Of a DNA stretch of 64,000 nucleotides, positions 51,310 through 64,000 are shown in pieces. Under the pieces are notes generated by a model. It was not told the origin of the DNA, searched no databases, and saw only the letters and a program-made list of their open reading frames with translations. The translations under genes and the position numbers were made by a program. Source of the stretch: Camelus ferus. Its lineage: Eukaryota. Each line of letters begins with the position of its first letter. Positions within the stretch are counted from its first letter, which is position 1. Location: contig NC_045707.1 in the NCBI RefSeq assembly GCF_009834535.1, positions 46,564,001-46,628,000 on the forward strand, read 5' to 3'.

Positions 51310-52250
51310 TTCTGCACATCTCATAAGCAGGGGCACTGACTCCCTTTGTTCTGGATTATCTTTTCAAAAATGTTTGTTAATGAACAGCCTTGTTAGACAG
51401 GAGCAAAGAGCAGGCATGGTTACTGCCCATTACAAAATATCTGGGTTCCCTAAGCTCAGGGTTCCACTCCTGTAATGCAACGCACTATGTGTGCAGTTAT
51501 TATCTTCACATTCCTCTGTGGGACTCGAGCCCAGGGAACTGGCCCAGGAGCTGATACTCTTGTCTATTTCTATTATTGTGAGACTCTCTGTGCCTCTGAG
51601 AGTCTTGTGTCATCTGCCAGCATTTATGAAAGAGTGGCAGGCTGACTTGTTAGCTTACAAGTAGGATGAGTTCTCAAATCTTTAATTGTTCTTGGCATAT
51701 AACAGGAACTGCTTAAAAATAAATATATAAATGTTTATATGTAATATATATTAGATATATATCCCCTCATAACAGCCTTATGAGGTAGGTATTATCATTA
51801 TCCTCACAGAAGCTGTGTTCTTATGTGGCGCTAAGGGTTCTGTTCCAAGATTGCTGGTTGTTGGCAGAAGTCAGTGTCTCCTCTTTCTTTGATGGCTGTC
51901 AACCAGAGGTTGCTCTCAGCTCCTAAAGGCTCCTTGCCACTGGCCCTTTATCTAGAAAACTAGTAAAGGAGAATCTCATCCACGATAAATCATTTCCATG
52001 CTTCAAATTTCTTTTGCTAGGAAAAGCCTAAGTGCTTTTAAAAGCTCACCTGATTAGCTCAGGTCCACCAAGGATGGTTTCCAGATTTTTAAAGTCAGCT
52101 GATTTGGGAACTTAATTGCATCTGCAATCTTACCACTGCATCTAAATTAGTGTTTGACCAAATAACTGAGAGAATATGTGTGCAGGGGGAGGAAGTGGAG
52201 GGGGAGCTGGGAACTTTGGGGGTCATCTTAGAATTCTGCATACCATACCA
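51310..52250. mobile_element. Cluster of LTR remnants (ERV-type LTR ~51310-51700; MLT-type ~51820-52250) with intervening MIR pieces
   Basis: gggttccctaagctcagggtt...cttgttagcttacaagtagg and ggctgtcaaccagaggttgctctcagctccta...ggggtcatcttagaattctgcatacca; families not resolved. Confidence 0.5.
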
Positions 52251-52939
52251 TCTAATCTTCAAAATTTAGCTCAAGGATTATTGCCTTCCTCAATGCCTCT
52301 AGACAAAGCCAGGTCCACCCCCCACAGCATCCAATACACTCTTAACATTTGTCTACTGTTTTTACCTCTCCATTTTCCTCCCAGCTGGGCTGTGAGTTTC
52401 CCGGGGACAGAAACTAAGCCTTGGTCATCTTGGTATCCCCAGCATCTCCAACAGCATCCAGCTCAATATATATTTGCTGCCTGAGAGTGAGCGAGGTGCT
52501 CAAGCTAGCTCAGCAAACCAGAAGAGCAATTTAATTAGAGTTGCATATGCTGCGCGAAAAGCACTGCTGATGGAGTCCAGAAAGTGCTTCCTGATAAGTC
52601 CAAGGAAATGTCAGCTCCCAAGGCTTTTAGCAGCCAGTACCAAGGGCGACCAAGCATGGCTTCTGAAACCCCAGACCCGCTGTGTCGGTGAGGCGGATGT
52701 GCCACTAGGTGTCACTCCCGATTCAATAAAGAAAGCCCTGGATCTTAGAAAGCAGTTTAGGCTTTTCTAGTGAAATGAGCTGATGAGAGGGCCCCAACCC
52801 ATTGTTTTTTTCTGGTTCACACTCCAAACGCCCTCTGTTCTTCAACTCCCTCCACTAACACAGTCTGGGTCTAAAAAAGGACAACAGAATCGACGCTACT
52901 AGGGTTAGGGCCACCTGACCATCTAATTCAGCCTCTAGA

Positions 52940-53860
52940 TCTTGGAGATGAGCAACCAGAGTGGGGGGCGGGGTTCAGAGCCTGACTTCAGCGCCCATGT
53001 GGGTCCGCACGCCCCTCCCCCTCCTTCTCCCCACCTTTGGGCAGCCGCCAGGAGGCATAGCTGGGTCCCGACTCCCGGCCTAAAGGATGCCCTAGCTGGT
53101 CCCAGGCCTGTACCGCGGTGTGCCCCTACCCCTAGGACCAGTTCCAGCGGCTCAGGCCGCTCTTAGCCTCTTTTCCTATGTGGAAAGGGCACCTGATCCC
53201 GCGCTCCAGAACCCAGAAAGGGGAAGATGACGCGGTCACAAGAGGGTCCTGCGGGTCGGATAGAACCTGCCATTTCCAATCGTCTCAAGCAATCTCTTAT
53301 TTCTTCGGACTTTAAAGATGGGAAGTGGGGGGAGCACCCCGGCTTCCCGGGACCAAGGCAATCTGTAACTGCAATTAACTGCAGTCCTTCTTCCTTGAGT
53401 CGGAAAAATTTCAGGGCTGTAAGGGCCGGAGTCGGAAAATACTTGTGAAGAACACTTTCTGGGCGGGAGTTTGAGGCCTTTTTTCCCCCCTCCACCTTTC
53501 CCCCTGGAAGAAGTTAGTATTTACTCCCGAGGTTCAGGACAGCCTGAGATTGGACACTACGCACGTGCGGGCGCATTTTCCTTCACCCCCGGCAGAGGGC
53601 GCCCTCCCCCCGTGCCCACTCCCCACTGGGCAAACCCATTCCTCGCCAGCCTGGGGTCCTGCTTAGTCCAGGCTGGATCCCCAACCCCAGGTGCCTGCAG
53701 CCCTATCCTGGGGATAATTTCAAAGTCCCTTCTGTCAGACCTTGGGCATATCCTTTGAATATCCTGTTTCCTTTGCTTGCAGGCAATTTACTGTTCGTTT
53801 TTATTGTGAACCCTAAGTGAATATTGAAATTCATTTGCACTTCCGGAAGCCCTGGGTAAT
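52940..53860. promoter_or_regulatory. CpG-enriched candidate distal regulatory element (enhancer, insulator or lncRNA promoter)
   Basis: Local CpG retention in non-repetitive-looking DNA; CTCF-like ccggcagagggcgc (53589-53602), palindromic E-box cgcacgtgcg (53560-53569), cttccggaag (53840-53849). Confidence 0.5.
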
Positions 53861-54774
53861 AGAGAGCTTACCATGCTGGATGAAAATGGAGCTAAGGAAG
53901 CTGGCTCTGGATCCAGCTCACCCACAAAGTGAATAATCTCATCTAGCAACACAATACTTTCCTTTAAACTTGCAAAGGGGTTTTCCCATGTGAAGCTTGA
54001 TGGATTCCCATTTGTTAATCTATTTCCTCTTTGCATGAAAAGGTGGACTGATTCATTTATTTTTCAATCAGTATTTTATTGAGCGCCTTCTGTGCTCCAG
54101 GTACGAGGCTGATGAAGGCAGATTTGGCTCCTGATTTTGGTGGAGCTAATGCTTTAGTAGAGGAGACACATTGAACAAATAATTGCAGGAAACATTATAA
54201 ATGTTATAAATGAGATATACGTGGCAAAGAGAAGCAGAGGCTACTGGGAGAGGGTGCCAGCATGGAGCCAGCTGAAGTCTTCATCTGAATCTTAGCCACA
54301 ACTTCTCCTCTATATTCACCCTGATGCTGTCTTCCCTCCTCTTGCTGCTGTAAATGGATTCAACACCAACCCCCACTCCCCAACAGATGAGTCAGTGCTT
54401 TCAGGGCTGCACATCCCTAGCTCAGGGAAGAGAGTGAGAGTCTTGCTAGACTCTCCTCCTTATTCCTTCACACTCTTGGGCTGAGTGCCAGTAGGCAATG
54501 TATTAACTATTTTGCATGATGAAATTTACATTACAAATTTCTTCTGAGGCCTGATGACTGACAAATTCCGAAAACAACAACAGTTCTGGGTACTGCATCC
54601 TCCTTCTCCTCTTCAGTGTTTCTTAAGCACCTATGGGGTATTAATAGGGCTTGGTGTTCAGTGCCAAGGATGCAAAAAAGCACTGGAGACAAAAGGAATA
54701 TGGTGAAGGCTGAGGGGTGGTACAGACTAAGGGCTCCCAGGGTTTGGGATTTTATGAACAGCTAAAATGAGAGT

Positions 54775-55250
54775 TTCATTAGTTAGGATCAGATCCAGTT
54801 CATTATAAAAAAGGATAAAAGAAGTTAGATATATTGGTGGCTTAAACAATGTAGAAAAATATTTCTCTCTACGGTGAAAGTCTGGAGGTAGGCACTCCTG
54901 GGTTGATAGGGAGGCTTGGCTCCAGGAAGCCCTCAGGGACCCAGGGACTCCTTCGGTCTTGTTTCCCTGCTATGCTTGACCTCCATTCCTAAAGTCATGG
55001 TCATCTCAAGGTGAAATATGGTTGCTCCAGTTCCAGCCATTACATCCAGCAGGAATGAGGAAAGGATAAAGAAGAGGGGCAAAGGGAGGGTGGTAGACAA
55101 CTTATAAATAAGGTTCCCAGAATAAGACTCATCCACTTAAAAGTTATTGGGCAGAATTTAGACACGTAGTTCTTATAGTAGCAAGGAAGGTGGCATATGC
55201 AGTTTTTATTTTGGGGACCCCCAAACCGGAGGTTCTGTTACTTGCAGTCT
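54775..55250 (-). mobile_element. MaLR LTR (MLT1-type)
   Basis: gtggcttaaacaa...tctggaggtaggca...ggttgctccagttccagccattacatcc...ttgggcagaattt motifs. Confidence 0.6.
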
Positions 55251-57854
55251 TTGCCACTGAGCCTGACTTAGGGTGTCAGCTTTTAATTTTGCCACTAGAA
55301 TAAGTAAAATGCCCTGCCAATTCTTCTTCCTCAGTGTATCACGAATCCATCCCCATTGCCACAGCCCTTCGTAATTTATCACCTTGCATTAATGCCACTG
55401 CCTGTCTCTGTTGCCAGGGTGATCAGTCCAAAATGCAAATTTGCTCAGATTAGCTCTCTGCTTAAAATGCCTTGGCAGATCCCTGTTGCCTTGAAAGAAA
55501 ATGCAAACTCCTTAATAAGACTGAAAGCCTTCTTGCCATCTCACCTGGTGTCCTCTTTAGCTTCATCTCTCGTGACTTCCCATATGCACCCAACAATCCA
55601 GGCATATGAGACTAGCAGAAGTTCCCAGGATGTTCCCTTGCTACCTTCTCAGTCTGGAATATTTTCCCCTACATTCTTGGCAACTGGCCAATTCCTACTG
55701 GCCTTTGCAAACTTTGCTGAGGTTAATCATCATCAGAATCTTCGCCAATTCTATGTCATACACCTCTGGCATCTTCTTGCTCTCCCTGCCACCTCTACAT
55801 ACAAAGTCAGACCTATGCAAAGAACAGGATGCTGTTGCCTGGGCAACAGTCAGTACCAGCCAATAGCTGGATCACCAGCTGGATTCACAGTGTGGCTTCT
55901 GGTGGATTTCTGGTTGGTACTGTTGGCCACACTCTTTTTCTTGAAGGACTCTCCCCGTCCTTGGTCGTGCCTCTCCCCAGGCCCTCTCTACCCTTTTTCT
56001 CTGTTTCTTCTTATCCTGCTCACCCTGAAATGTTGATGTTCCCTAGAGATCAGTTTTTAGTTTTCCCTTGTGATTTCACATTCCCGAGATTTTTCATTCT
56101 CTTTCATGACTTCAGGTGCCACCCAGTGGCTTCTAAATCTGTATTTCCAGATTAGCGTTCTCTTCTGAGCTTTGGAATGTGAACATCCAACTGTATACTG
56201 AACACACAGAATAGGGAGGAGCAATTCCCCCAAAGGAGGTAGTGCAGCTTCACCCTCTGGCCCCTACTCCCATCACCATCCCAAAGTATCATCCACTGCA
56301 GGGAAGCAGTCTGCAGAATGGTCCTCTGCTCTGCTTGCTCCTCTGTGCTGAGTGCACACTCCATCTAGGGAGAGCCACCAGCCAAGGTTTGCCCTCTATG
56401 CACGTCCGGCATCAGGGCTTCATGTAGTTTCCCTTGGGAGCTCTCTTGGAGACAAAAACCTTCCTCCCCATTTTTACCCAAGAGGAGTGTGGAGCAACAG
56501 ACTGCTCAAGATACAGGACGCGGGGCAAGTTAGGAACAATGCCTGACAAAGGCATCCAGGGGTCCCCTGGGCTGTCACCTCCACCCAGGATTCTGCTACA
56601 GCACAGTGTCTGGCCCTGGGCTTTGATGGGGGTCCTGCCAAGTGAGCAAGAGATGAGGCTGCATTCTCTTCAGCCCCTCCCTGTGATATCCCCAAAATGA
56701 AGGAGGAGAGGAGACACACACACCCTCTTCTCCACTCTGCAGTGCAACCTGCACACTCCTTTAATATGTCCTTCAGATCATCTTTCTGCATATCATCAAC
56801 CTCTGGCTTCCTAAAATTGGTCAGAATCCTTTCCCAGCCTGCACAGTCCTCCACCCTCCACCACCTGCTCCTTGCTCATTCTGTTCTGCCGGAGCTGCCT
56901 GCCTGCTTTCTGCTCCTGGAACACACCAAGCTCTCTCGAGACCTTTCCATCTGCAATTCCCTCGACCTGGAAAGCCTTCCCTGCAGCCCCTTCTATGGCT
57001 TGCTCCTCTCAGCTTGAGGTCCCAGGTCAAGTCTCACCTCCTAAGAGCCCCTTCCCTGATGCCCTGTCAGCAGTGACTGTCCCACTCCTTCCCCGTGGCC
57101 ACTCCAGTGTATAACCTCATGGAGGAAGAAAGAGCCTTGCTGGTTTCGCGGGAAGGAAGCCTGGCTCGTGTATAGCAGGTGCTTACAGATGCGCGATGAA
57201 TGAACTGAGTAAGGGAGGAGAACTATCACCTGACCTCCGTCAAAGACTCTGCTCAGTGTTCGGATTGCTGATTGGTTTGTGGAGGTCTCTCACTGGGGTG
57301 AGTCTGGCGTGGTGACAAGTTGGCATGTTCCGTGATAGATAAGGCATCGACGTGGGTATTTACATCAACCCTTGCCACCCTCCCATCCCACATGCACAAA
57401 CTCCAGGTGTGAGAGAACCACTCCCCCAGCTGAGAGAGAGGCTCCATGTCTCCCCTGCCCAGGGTCAGCTTCATTGCAAACCTGATGTCATGATTTAGGA
57501 TCCAAGTGGATGTGTGGAACTGATCTCTAGGGGTGTAAGGCTGCTGATGAAAGCATCTGGGTCTTTTTGATAAGGCTTGTGTTCCCGTTGGGTAAGGGTT
57601 AACTGGACATTTTCTGAGACACTCCTAATAAGATCAGGCTTGACCAAAGATCTCCCTCTGGGGAGGTCTTCTCTTCCCCTTTCTTCCTGGCAGCATTCTC
57701 TCTGTGATTGCAGAAGCACTCTGTGGCTGCGTGGAAAAGGAACGCTGCTGGCTCACTGGCGCTGCAAGAAATGGGCTCCCCTCATCAGAAAAATCTGCGT
57801 ATTGTAAAATTTAAAAGCTCTCAGGGAATACTGTGACTTAAATACACACATATA

Positions 57855-58290
57855 CGTTTGAAACAACCTAACTTTCCATTGACAGATGAATGGATAAACA
57901 TGTGGTATGTACCTACAGTAAAGTATTATTCAGCCTTAAAAAGAAATGAAATACTGACAAATGCTACAACCAGGGTAAACTCTGGCGACATTATACTAAG
58001 TAAAGCAAGACAGACCCCAGAGAACAAATATTGTACAAGTCCACTTATGTGAGATACTCAGAACAGCCAAATTCACAGAGACAACATGCAGGACAGTGGT
58101 CCCCAGGGGCTGGGGGGAGTGAGGAATGGGGGTATTGTGCACGGTTTCAGCTGGGGATGATGGAGAACTTCTGGGGGCGGAGGGCGGTGCTCATAGCATA
58201 ACAATGTGAATGTGCCTAATAATACTGAGTTGTATACTTCAAAATGGTTAAAATGGTCAATTTTATGCTATGTATATTTTACCACAAATG
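57855..58290 (+). mobile_element. Old L1 3' end (L1MB-like)
   Basis: ORF2 end remnant (KQPNFPLTDEWINMWY...YYSALKRNEILT) followed by the typical aaaatggttaaaatggtcaattttatg...accacaa terminus. Confidence 0.85.
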
Positions 58291-59449
58291 TATATATCCA
58301 CAAATGTAAAAAATGTATATCTGAGTCTCTTTTCAAATGTATCTTTTACTTGTCTACTGTTTCTCTAGCAGATGTCAGAAATTGTACTTGAATTGCTTTT
58401 TAAACTTCTGTTATAAATTTGTTTACATCAGAGTGTCAGTTGGTACAAAAACAGTCTCAGGGAAAGGAGTGTGTGTGTGTGTGTACGCGCGGGGAGGGGG
58501 TGCATGTTTTGGAGTGTAAGAGGATCTAGGTTATAATCAGGTGTATAAAAACTACGGGTGAAACTGAGATGCTAAAAACAGGTGGACCAAGTATTGCATG
58601 GAGATTTTGTAGAAAATTGCAAAGAGCCTATTTCACAAATTTTAAAGTCTGCAGCACAAACTTACCTAACTTTGTACGTTTTAAGTGTAAAGCTTTAGGT
58701 CAAAGCAGGTGTATGAGCATTTGTCACCCATATGATTGTGGAAGTTAAATTCATTCATTCCAGAAATATTTATGAGCACATGATGTGGCACATGATGTGT
58801 CCAGCTGTGGGGACAGAATATAATTTAAGCATAACCCCTCAAACTCCTATAAGCAGGGCTGGCTACGGAATTTGTGGGGCCTGGTGCAAAATGAAAATGC
58901 GGAGCCTGGTAGAAAACTAAGAAGAACTTCAAACAGAGGATCAAGCAAGCACGGGGCCCTCCTAGGTGCAGGAGTGGAGGGCAGTGAGTCCTGGGAGCTG
59001 CAGGGGACTCGGGCAGGGAAGCCAGGGTGCCTCCTGAGTCAGATGGGGACCTAAAGGCTCCAGTCAGCCTGCGGACGGCACTAGGAGAAAAGGGCCCTGG
59101 GAACCGGCTTCTCATTGCCACATTCATATTGCGTCTCACTTTGGTTTAAGTAGATCTCTTTTACTTTTTAACACACATTTGCACTCACAGCCCAGTTCAA
59201 TACATGTTCTTGTGCTAATATACTCCATTCAATCAGGTTATAATCTTGTCATATTCAATTTTTGGATCTCCAGCTCTACCCATCCCCTGCCACCCCAACA
59301 GTCAGTAGCAGGCCAGGTAAACAGTAGGTACACAATATACACATGAGAAGGCTCAATATTTGATCCTGGAGTCAAATATAGGTAGGATATGATGATTATG
59401 TTAACTCCTAGGATTACAATGATGATAACTGTGATTCACACCTACGGTA

Positions 59450-59660
59450 TACAAGGCACTGAGTCAGTGCTTAATAGAAACTTCCGAATTTAATTCTCAT
59501 AAATAATCTTATAAAAAAGGTAGTTTTGTCCCCATTCTAAGAGAAGAGAAACTGAGGTTCAGAGAGGTTAGGAACTTACTCAAGATCACAGGTAGGTGGT
59601 CAGTGATGGAATAGAGATGAAAACCTAACTTTGAAGCTCTTGAATTTCCCACTAAGTTGC
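59450..59660 (-). mobile_element. MIR SINE
   Basis: ccccattcta...aaactgaggttcagagaggttaggaacttactcaagatcacag. Confidence 0.75.
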
Positions 59661-61492
59661 TAGCCTCCATGTCCATGCCTTGATACATCCTAGAGGCTGA
59701 TGAAAGGAACAGAAGCTGTTCTAAAACTTGAAAAGCACACATCTTCTCTCTTGATGCCATTTGGAAATGGGTCTTATAATTTCTGACCATAGAATAGAAA
59801 ACGCTCAGGAAGACTGTATTTCAGTGCACCTAATAAGAAAAGCACCGACTGTAACTCCAGATCAATTCAGTTACTATTCACTGAGCAGCTATTAAGTATG
59901 GGAAGCGGAGCTGGACGCTGCAGAGACACAGGATGAACGGATGGAGAAACCGCCCTCACAGAGAAGGGTAAGACAAGCACACAGAGAACGGGACAGGAAA
60001 CAGTGTGTCCACATCGACACGCAAAGTGTCTGCTAGGAGGACAGGCTCAGCTGGGTGAAGGTGGCGTTTCTGGCCTAGAACAATGGGCAGGGTTCTGGCA
60101 GGAGGAGGGGCTGGGGGCTGTCCAGGCAGGAGGAGAGGTGCCCGGTGTGGCTTGGAGAACGGACACAGTCTCACCTCTGCACAGAGGCGAAGCTGAGAAA
60201 GCTGTCAGGATGACTGTGCGGGCCTCGGACCAACACTGGGGCACTTGTACTTCCCTTTGGTAAGGTGAGCCTTCAACAGATTTTAACCAGGAGACAAACA
60301 TGATTAAAACTGGGCACTAGCAGACTGAAGCCGGCAGCTGTGGGAGGGAGACGGGGTGGGGCGTGTCAAGAGCTGAGGGGGGCCCGAGGCCAGTCCAGGT
60401 GAGAAACGTGAGGGCCTGAACTTGAGTTGGGTGAGGAAGTATTTTAAACACTCTTTAAAAGATAGTTTCTCATTAATTTTTTTGAAAATTGTGAACGGGA
60501 GATCACATATATGTAAAATACACCCTTATTCTATGAAGTTTTTGGAAGTGAGACAAATTCAAGATACTACTGTTCAGCCTGAGGATATTTGCCCACAATT
60601 CTTGTTGGCTCCCAGGTGGCAGCCTGTCCTCTCAGGAACCCACTGCGCTCAACCTCTGCACTTACATGGCTTCTTTTGGAATATTCCACCCTGCTTGGGC
60701 AAATGGAGAGTTTAACATGCACAAATATTTTAAATAAGAGATCATTTCTGGTAGGTAGAAGATCTGATCTACCAAACCTGCACGGCAAGCCTGCTTTAGA
60801 AAGCTTTCATTCTTCAGGCACTAAAACAAGCCCAACAGGGCAACACTCAGCCAGGACCGGTTTCTTAAGATCCCAAGGTCCTGGGAGAAGGTACTGGAAG
60901 GGCCCTTTCCTTAGCCTCCCATGGCACTCCTTATAACTGGAAGTATGTCATTACAGGAGACAGCACAGAGATATCGCATGGGGGCTGTGAGGCTACGGAG
61001 GCGATAAGGCAGAGAAAAATCAGCATAGCCAAAAGTAATTAAAATAATGTTTTGTTTGTGAAATGTTAGCAGATCAGAAAACAGCATGCCAATCAGGAAA
61101 GCACACGGAGCCCAGAACGCTGTCACTGTCACCCTGCGTAACCTGCTAACACATTCTGGAGCCATGGCGACCACACGGCCGTGTCTGCAGCTCAGGAAAG
61201 CCCAGCAGCCTACCTATTACCTCCAAGAAGAGAAAATGCAGTAAATTCAGGAAAAGCAATACGTCAAAATGTCAGCGCTGCACAATGCTTACAGGAGGGG
61301 GAACACAGAAAAACAGCTACTGGGCATCGGCTGGAGGAGACTGACAGAGGTGATTTGGATCCGTAGTTGCTATGTGTCCCAGCTATGCAGCCAAGAGCTG
61401 AAAAGCTAGTCAGCTTCTTGGTGCAGAAAAGAAGACCTGAGGCGGCTGACAGATGGAGCCAGTGGGGTTGAGTCAGAGGTCCAGATGGCTTT

Positions 61493-61659
61493 CTTTCTCT
61501 GGGTGCCTACCAGGACTTCTAAACCTCCTCCAGAATTAGACAATACTTTCTCCGGGTGCCTACCAGGACTTCTAAACCTCCTCCAGAATTAGACAATACT
61601 TTCTCCGGGTGCCTACCAGGACTTCTAAACCTCCTCCAGAATTAGACAATCCTTTCTCC
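61493..61659. repeat. Tandem repeat, 53-bp unit x3 plus 8 bp
   Basis: Unit ctttctcYgggtgcctaccaggacttctaaacctcctccagaattagacaatM starts at 61493, 61546 and 61599; only two variable positions. Confidence 0.97.
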
Positions 61660-62989
61660 TTGTCTTCAGCAGTCTGCTGGGAGGAAAGCTGACTTGCCCC
61701 ACTCCTCATGATCCCTGCAGAGTAGGGGAGGGACCCTTCCTCCACTGCTCCCTCGGAATATTATGCGAGGAAGCATTCTAGCCCTTCTTCCCAGTCTTCC
61801 TCGGGAAAAGGGGGAGATCAGGTGCCCACCCTCCTTGCTCAGCACTTCCGCCTGCCCACAGGTCCCTCCCTCCTCCTCCACTCGGCCCACTACTGCTCTC
61901 CCTGTGACCAGTGCATCTCTTCAATTCAGGGGGAAGAGAAGATGCTTCTTTGGGCCTTGGATCCTGGCCAGGTCTCCAAACCAGACTTCTTGGCAAGAAT
62001 GCCCATTCATGTGATCTTTGATTTGTGTGTCTTACTTCCCTGTTGGTTCAGAATTCAGAGAGGAAGAAAAATAGGATTCATCAACACCCTCAAATCCCCA
62101 AAGCTGTGGAGAAATCCAGGAAGTGCAATGCCAAGTGTAAGCGTCAGTAACACTTTCCTTATTTCCCTCGCCTTGAGAGTTGCTGTGAAAGAACAAGATC
62201 AGAATTTAGCACTGAGGGCACACCTATTCTTGCCTATTATGGACAAAAGCAAGGTTATTAAGAAGGCTTAAAGGTATGGATGATAGGAACAGGAAAGCCC
62301 TGGGTGGAATAAAGGCACGTCTGATCTGCTCTGGAGAGAACACTGCCCCTCTGTTCTTTAGAGGGAGACAGTGCTTTGGCCCCTGCCCCCTCCACACATG
62401 CTGTAAGCAGTGGTCCAGGCCTGGATTCCCTGTCCATCACACTGGGCCCGCTGTGACAGACGCACTCGTGGTCTGAGGAGAGCTTTACCTTTCCCAGCAT
62501 GACAGGGAGCATCTGCGCCTTCTGTTCTCTGACTTACCGAGCTGGCCCAAGGGCCTATCTAGGTCACCTTCCTGTGCAGAGATGTCTGGCAGAATCTGAA
62601 CTCTTAGCTCTGAAGGGTGACGTGGAAAAATTACAGAAGGCCAGAGCTCACGTGGGATGCCAGGGGAAACTCTGAGCACAGTGTCTTTAATCTGGGGGCA
62701 AAAATCACTAACCCCTCCAAACGATCCTCTTGTGAGGTTTCTGGTCCTTTCCATCCATGATGTGCTAATTTATTGGGGGGGGGGCCTGAAATTAAAAGAA
62801 GATTGAAAAAGTGAGGTGACCTATACAAACCATGGCTTAAAAAAAACTTTCCATCTGAGATTGGCTATTGACTTTGAGGTGATAAAAAGAAACTACCAAG
62901 GGACAGTGGTCTGGCAATGGCTTTGTGTTAATTAAATCACCCCCAATGACTGGAGCCCTTACACTCTGAGGGGCAGCCCTGGAACCAGT

Positions 62990-63225
62990 TACATAACAGA
63001 GAGGAAAGGACACAGGCTTTGGGGCTAAACAGACCTCAATTCAAATCCAGTTCCCCTACTTACTAACTTAGCAAGTTACTTAAATTTATTGAATCTCAGT
63101 TTTCTTATCTGTAAAATGGGGATAATAATATTTATACCTCAATCAGTTTATGGTTAGAATTAAATAACATACCCAAGTTCTTAGTACAGTGGAGTACATA
63201 GTAAACATTTAACAGCTATTGATTT
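62990..63225 (+). mobile_element. MIR SINE
   Basis: ttcaaatccagttcc...caagttacttaa...ctcagttttcttatctgtaaaatggggataataata. Confidence 0.85.
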
Positions 63226-63494
63226 TTATTTATTGTTTCCATAAAAATTCTATCCCTTCTTTGTTATTACTCAGAACTAACAATTATAAGTGCTGATTAT
63301 CTGCTAGGTTGCTAAGCAACAGTGCTCCAGAATTTCTATGTATCAGATTTTAAGAGGGGCTAGGGAATTTGTCTTTCAGCTGCATTTGCGTATTACTCAA
63401 CAAAATACTGAGAAATATCCACCCATCTCCCTTATATAGACTCTGTTCATGTTTGGGTACTTTGTGAGGGAAGATAATGGAGATTAATAAGGGC

Positions 63495-63935
63495 CTAAGA
63501 AATTCTTCACAGATATCATCTCCATTCATGACAACCTCAAAGCAAGAATTTATAATTGTATTAGTTTGGATTAACACTAGTTTTAACAAATCCCCAAATC
63601 TCCATGCTTTAACATAATAAGTTAATTTCTCACTCACTTCAGTCTATTATGAGTAATCCTGGGTACTCAGCCTTCGGTGTAATGTAGGAATCTAGGTTCC
63701 CTCCACCTGTGCCTCTGCCCTTCTTTAAGTCTTCAGAAGTCTCTCCTTTCAGCAGGAAGACTCGGTGGGGTAGTCACCCACTCCTTAACCACTGATCAGT
63801 CACTCCCACTCACACTCCATTGGTGAGAATAAGTCATGTGTGGCCACAAGGGAGACTGGGAAATGCAGGTGCTGACCAGGCAGCCACACGTCTACCCTGT
63901 GGATAGGTGACCAGGTGGCCACCTCTGCCGCAAGA
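63495..63935 (-). mobile_element. MaLR LTR (MLT1-type)
   Basis: taacaaatccccaaatctc...aatttctcactcac...ccattggtgagaataagtcatgtg...gggagactgggaaatg motifs. Confidence 0.6.
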
Positions 63936-64000
63936 ACTGTCTGTATTACAGCTGGAGAAAGTGAGGCTTAGGGAGCTTAGCTAAATAGTCTAAGGGCAGA

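Noticed and set aside
55356..56036. 226-aa ORF
   Set aside because: Non-ATG start in pyrimidine-rich, partly L2-like sequence; no recognisable protein family.
61493..61659. Possible CRISPR-like array
   Set aside because: Units are contiguous with no unique spacers, there are no cas genes, and the DNA is mammalian.

Overview
Mammalian genomic DNA, not prokaryotic. A tRNA-derived SINE of the camelid vic-1 type, with no recognisable Alu, B1/B2, Bov-A or PRE1 elements, suggests a camelid. The only supported protein-coding gene is the 5' end of PLXNC1 (plexin C1/CD232) on the minus strand. It comprises a CpG-island promoter, coding exon 1 (22313-21255; signal peptide plus most of the Sema domain), a ~19.4 kb intron 1 and exon 2 (1880-1743). 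The gene continues beyond position 1. Positions ~23.3-64 kb are upstream intergenic DNA rich in old repeats (MIR, L2, MLT/ERVL LTRs, hAT MER elements). The window also holds two 5'-truncated L1s with target-site duplications, a 53-bp x3 tandem repeat and a CpG-enriched candidate distal element near 53 kb. I found no evidence of a wholly new biological system. The best leads are regulatory: an exon 2 acceptor that lacks the expected AG, a 24-codon uORF and GCC repeats in the 5' UTR, an IRF-type promoter site, and a CTCF/E-box/ETS cluster. Repeat family names and comparisons with human PLXNC1 come from memory of consensus sequences and need confirming by alignment. Boundaries of old repeats are approximate.
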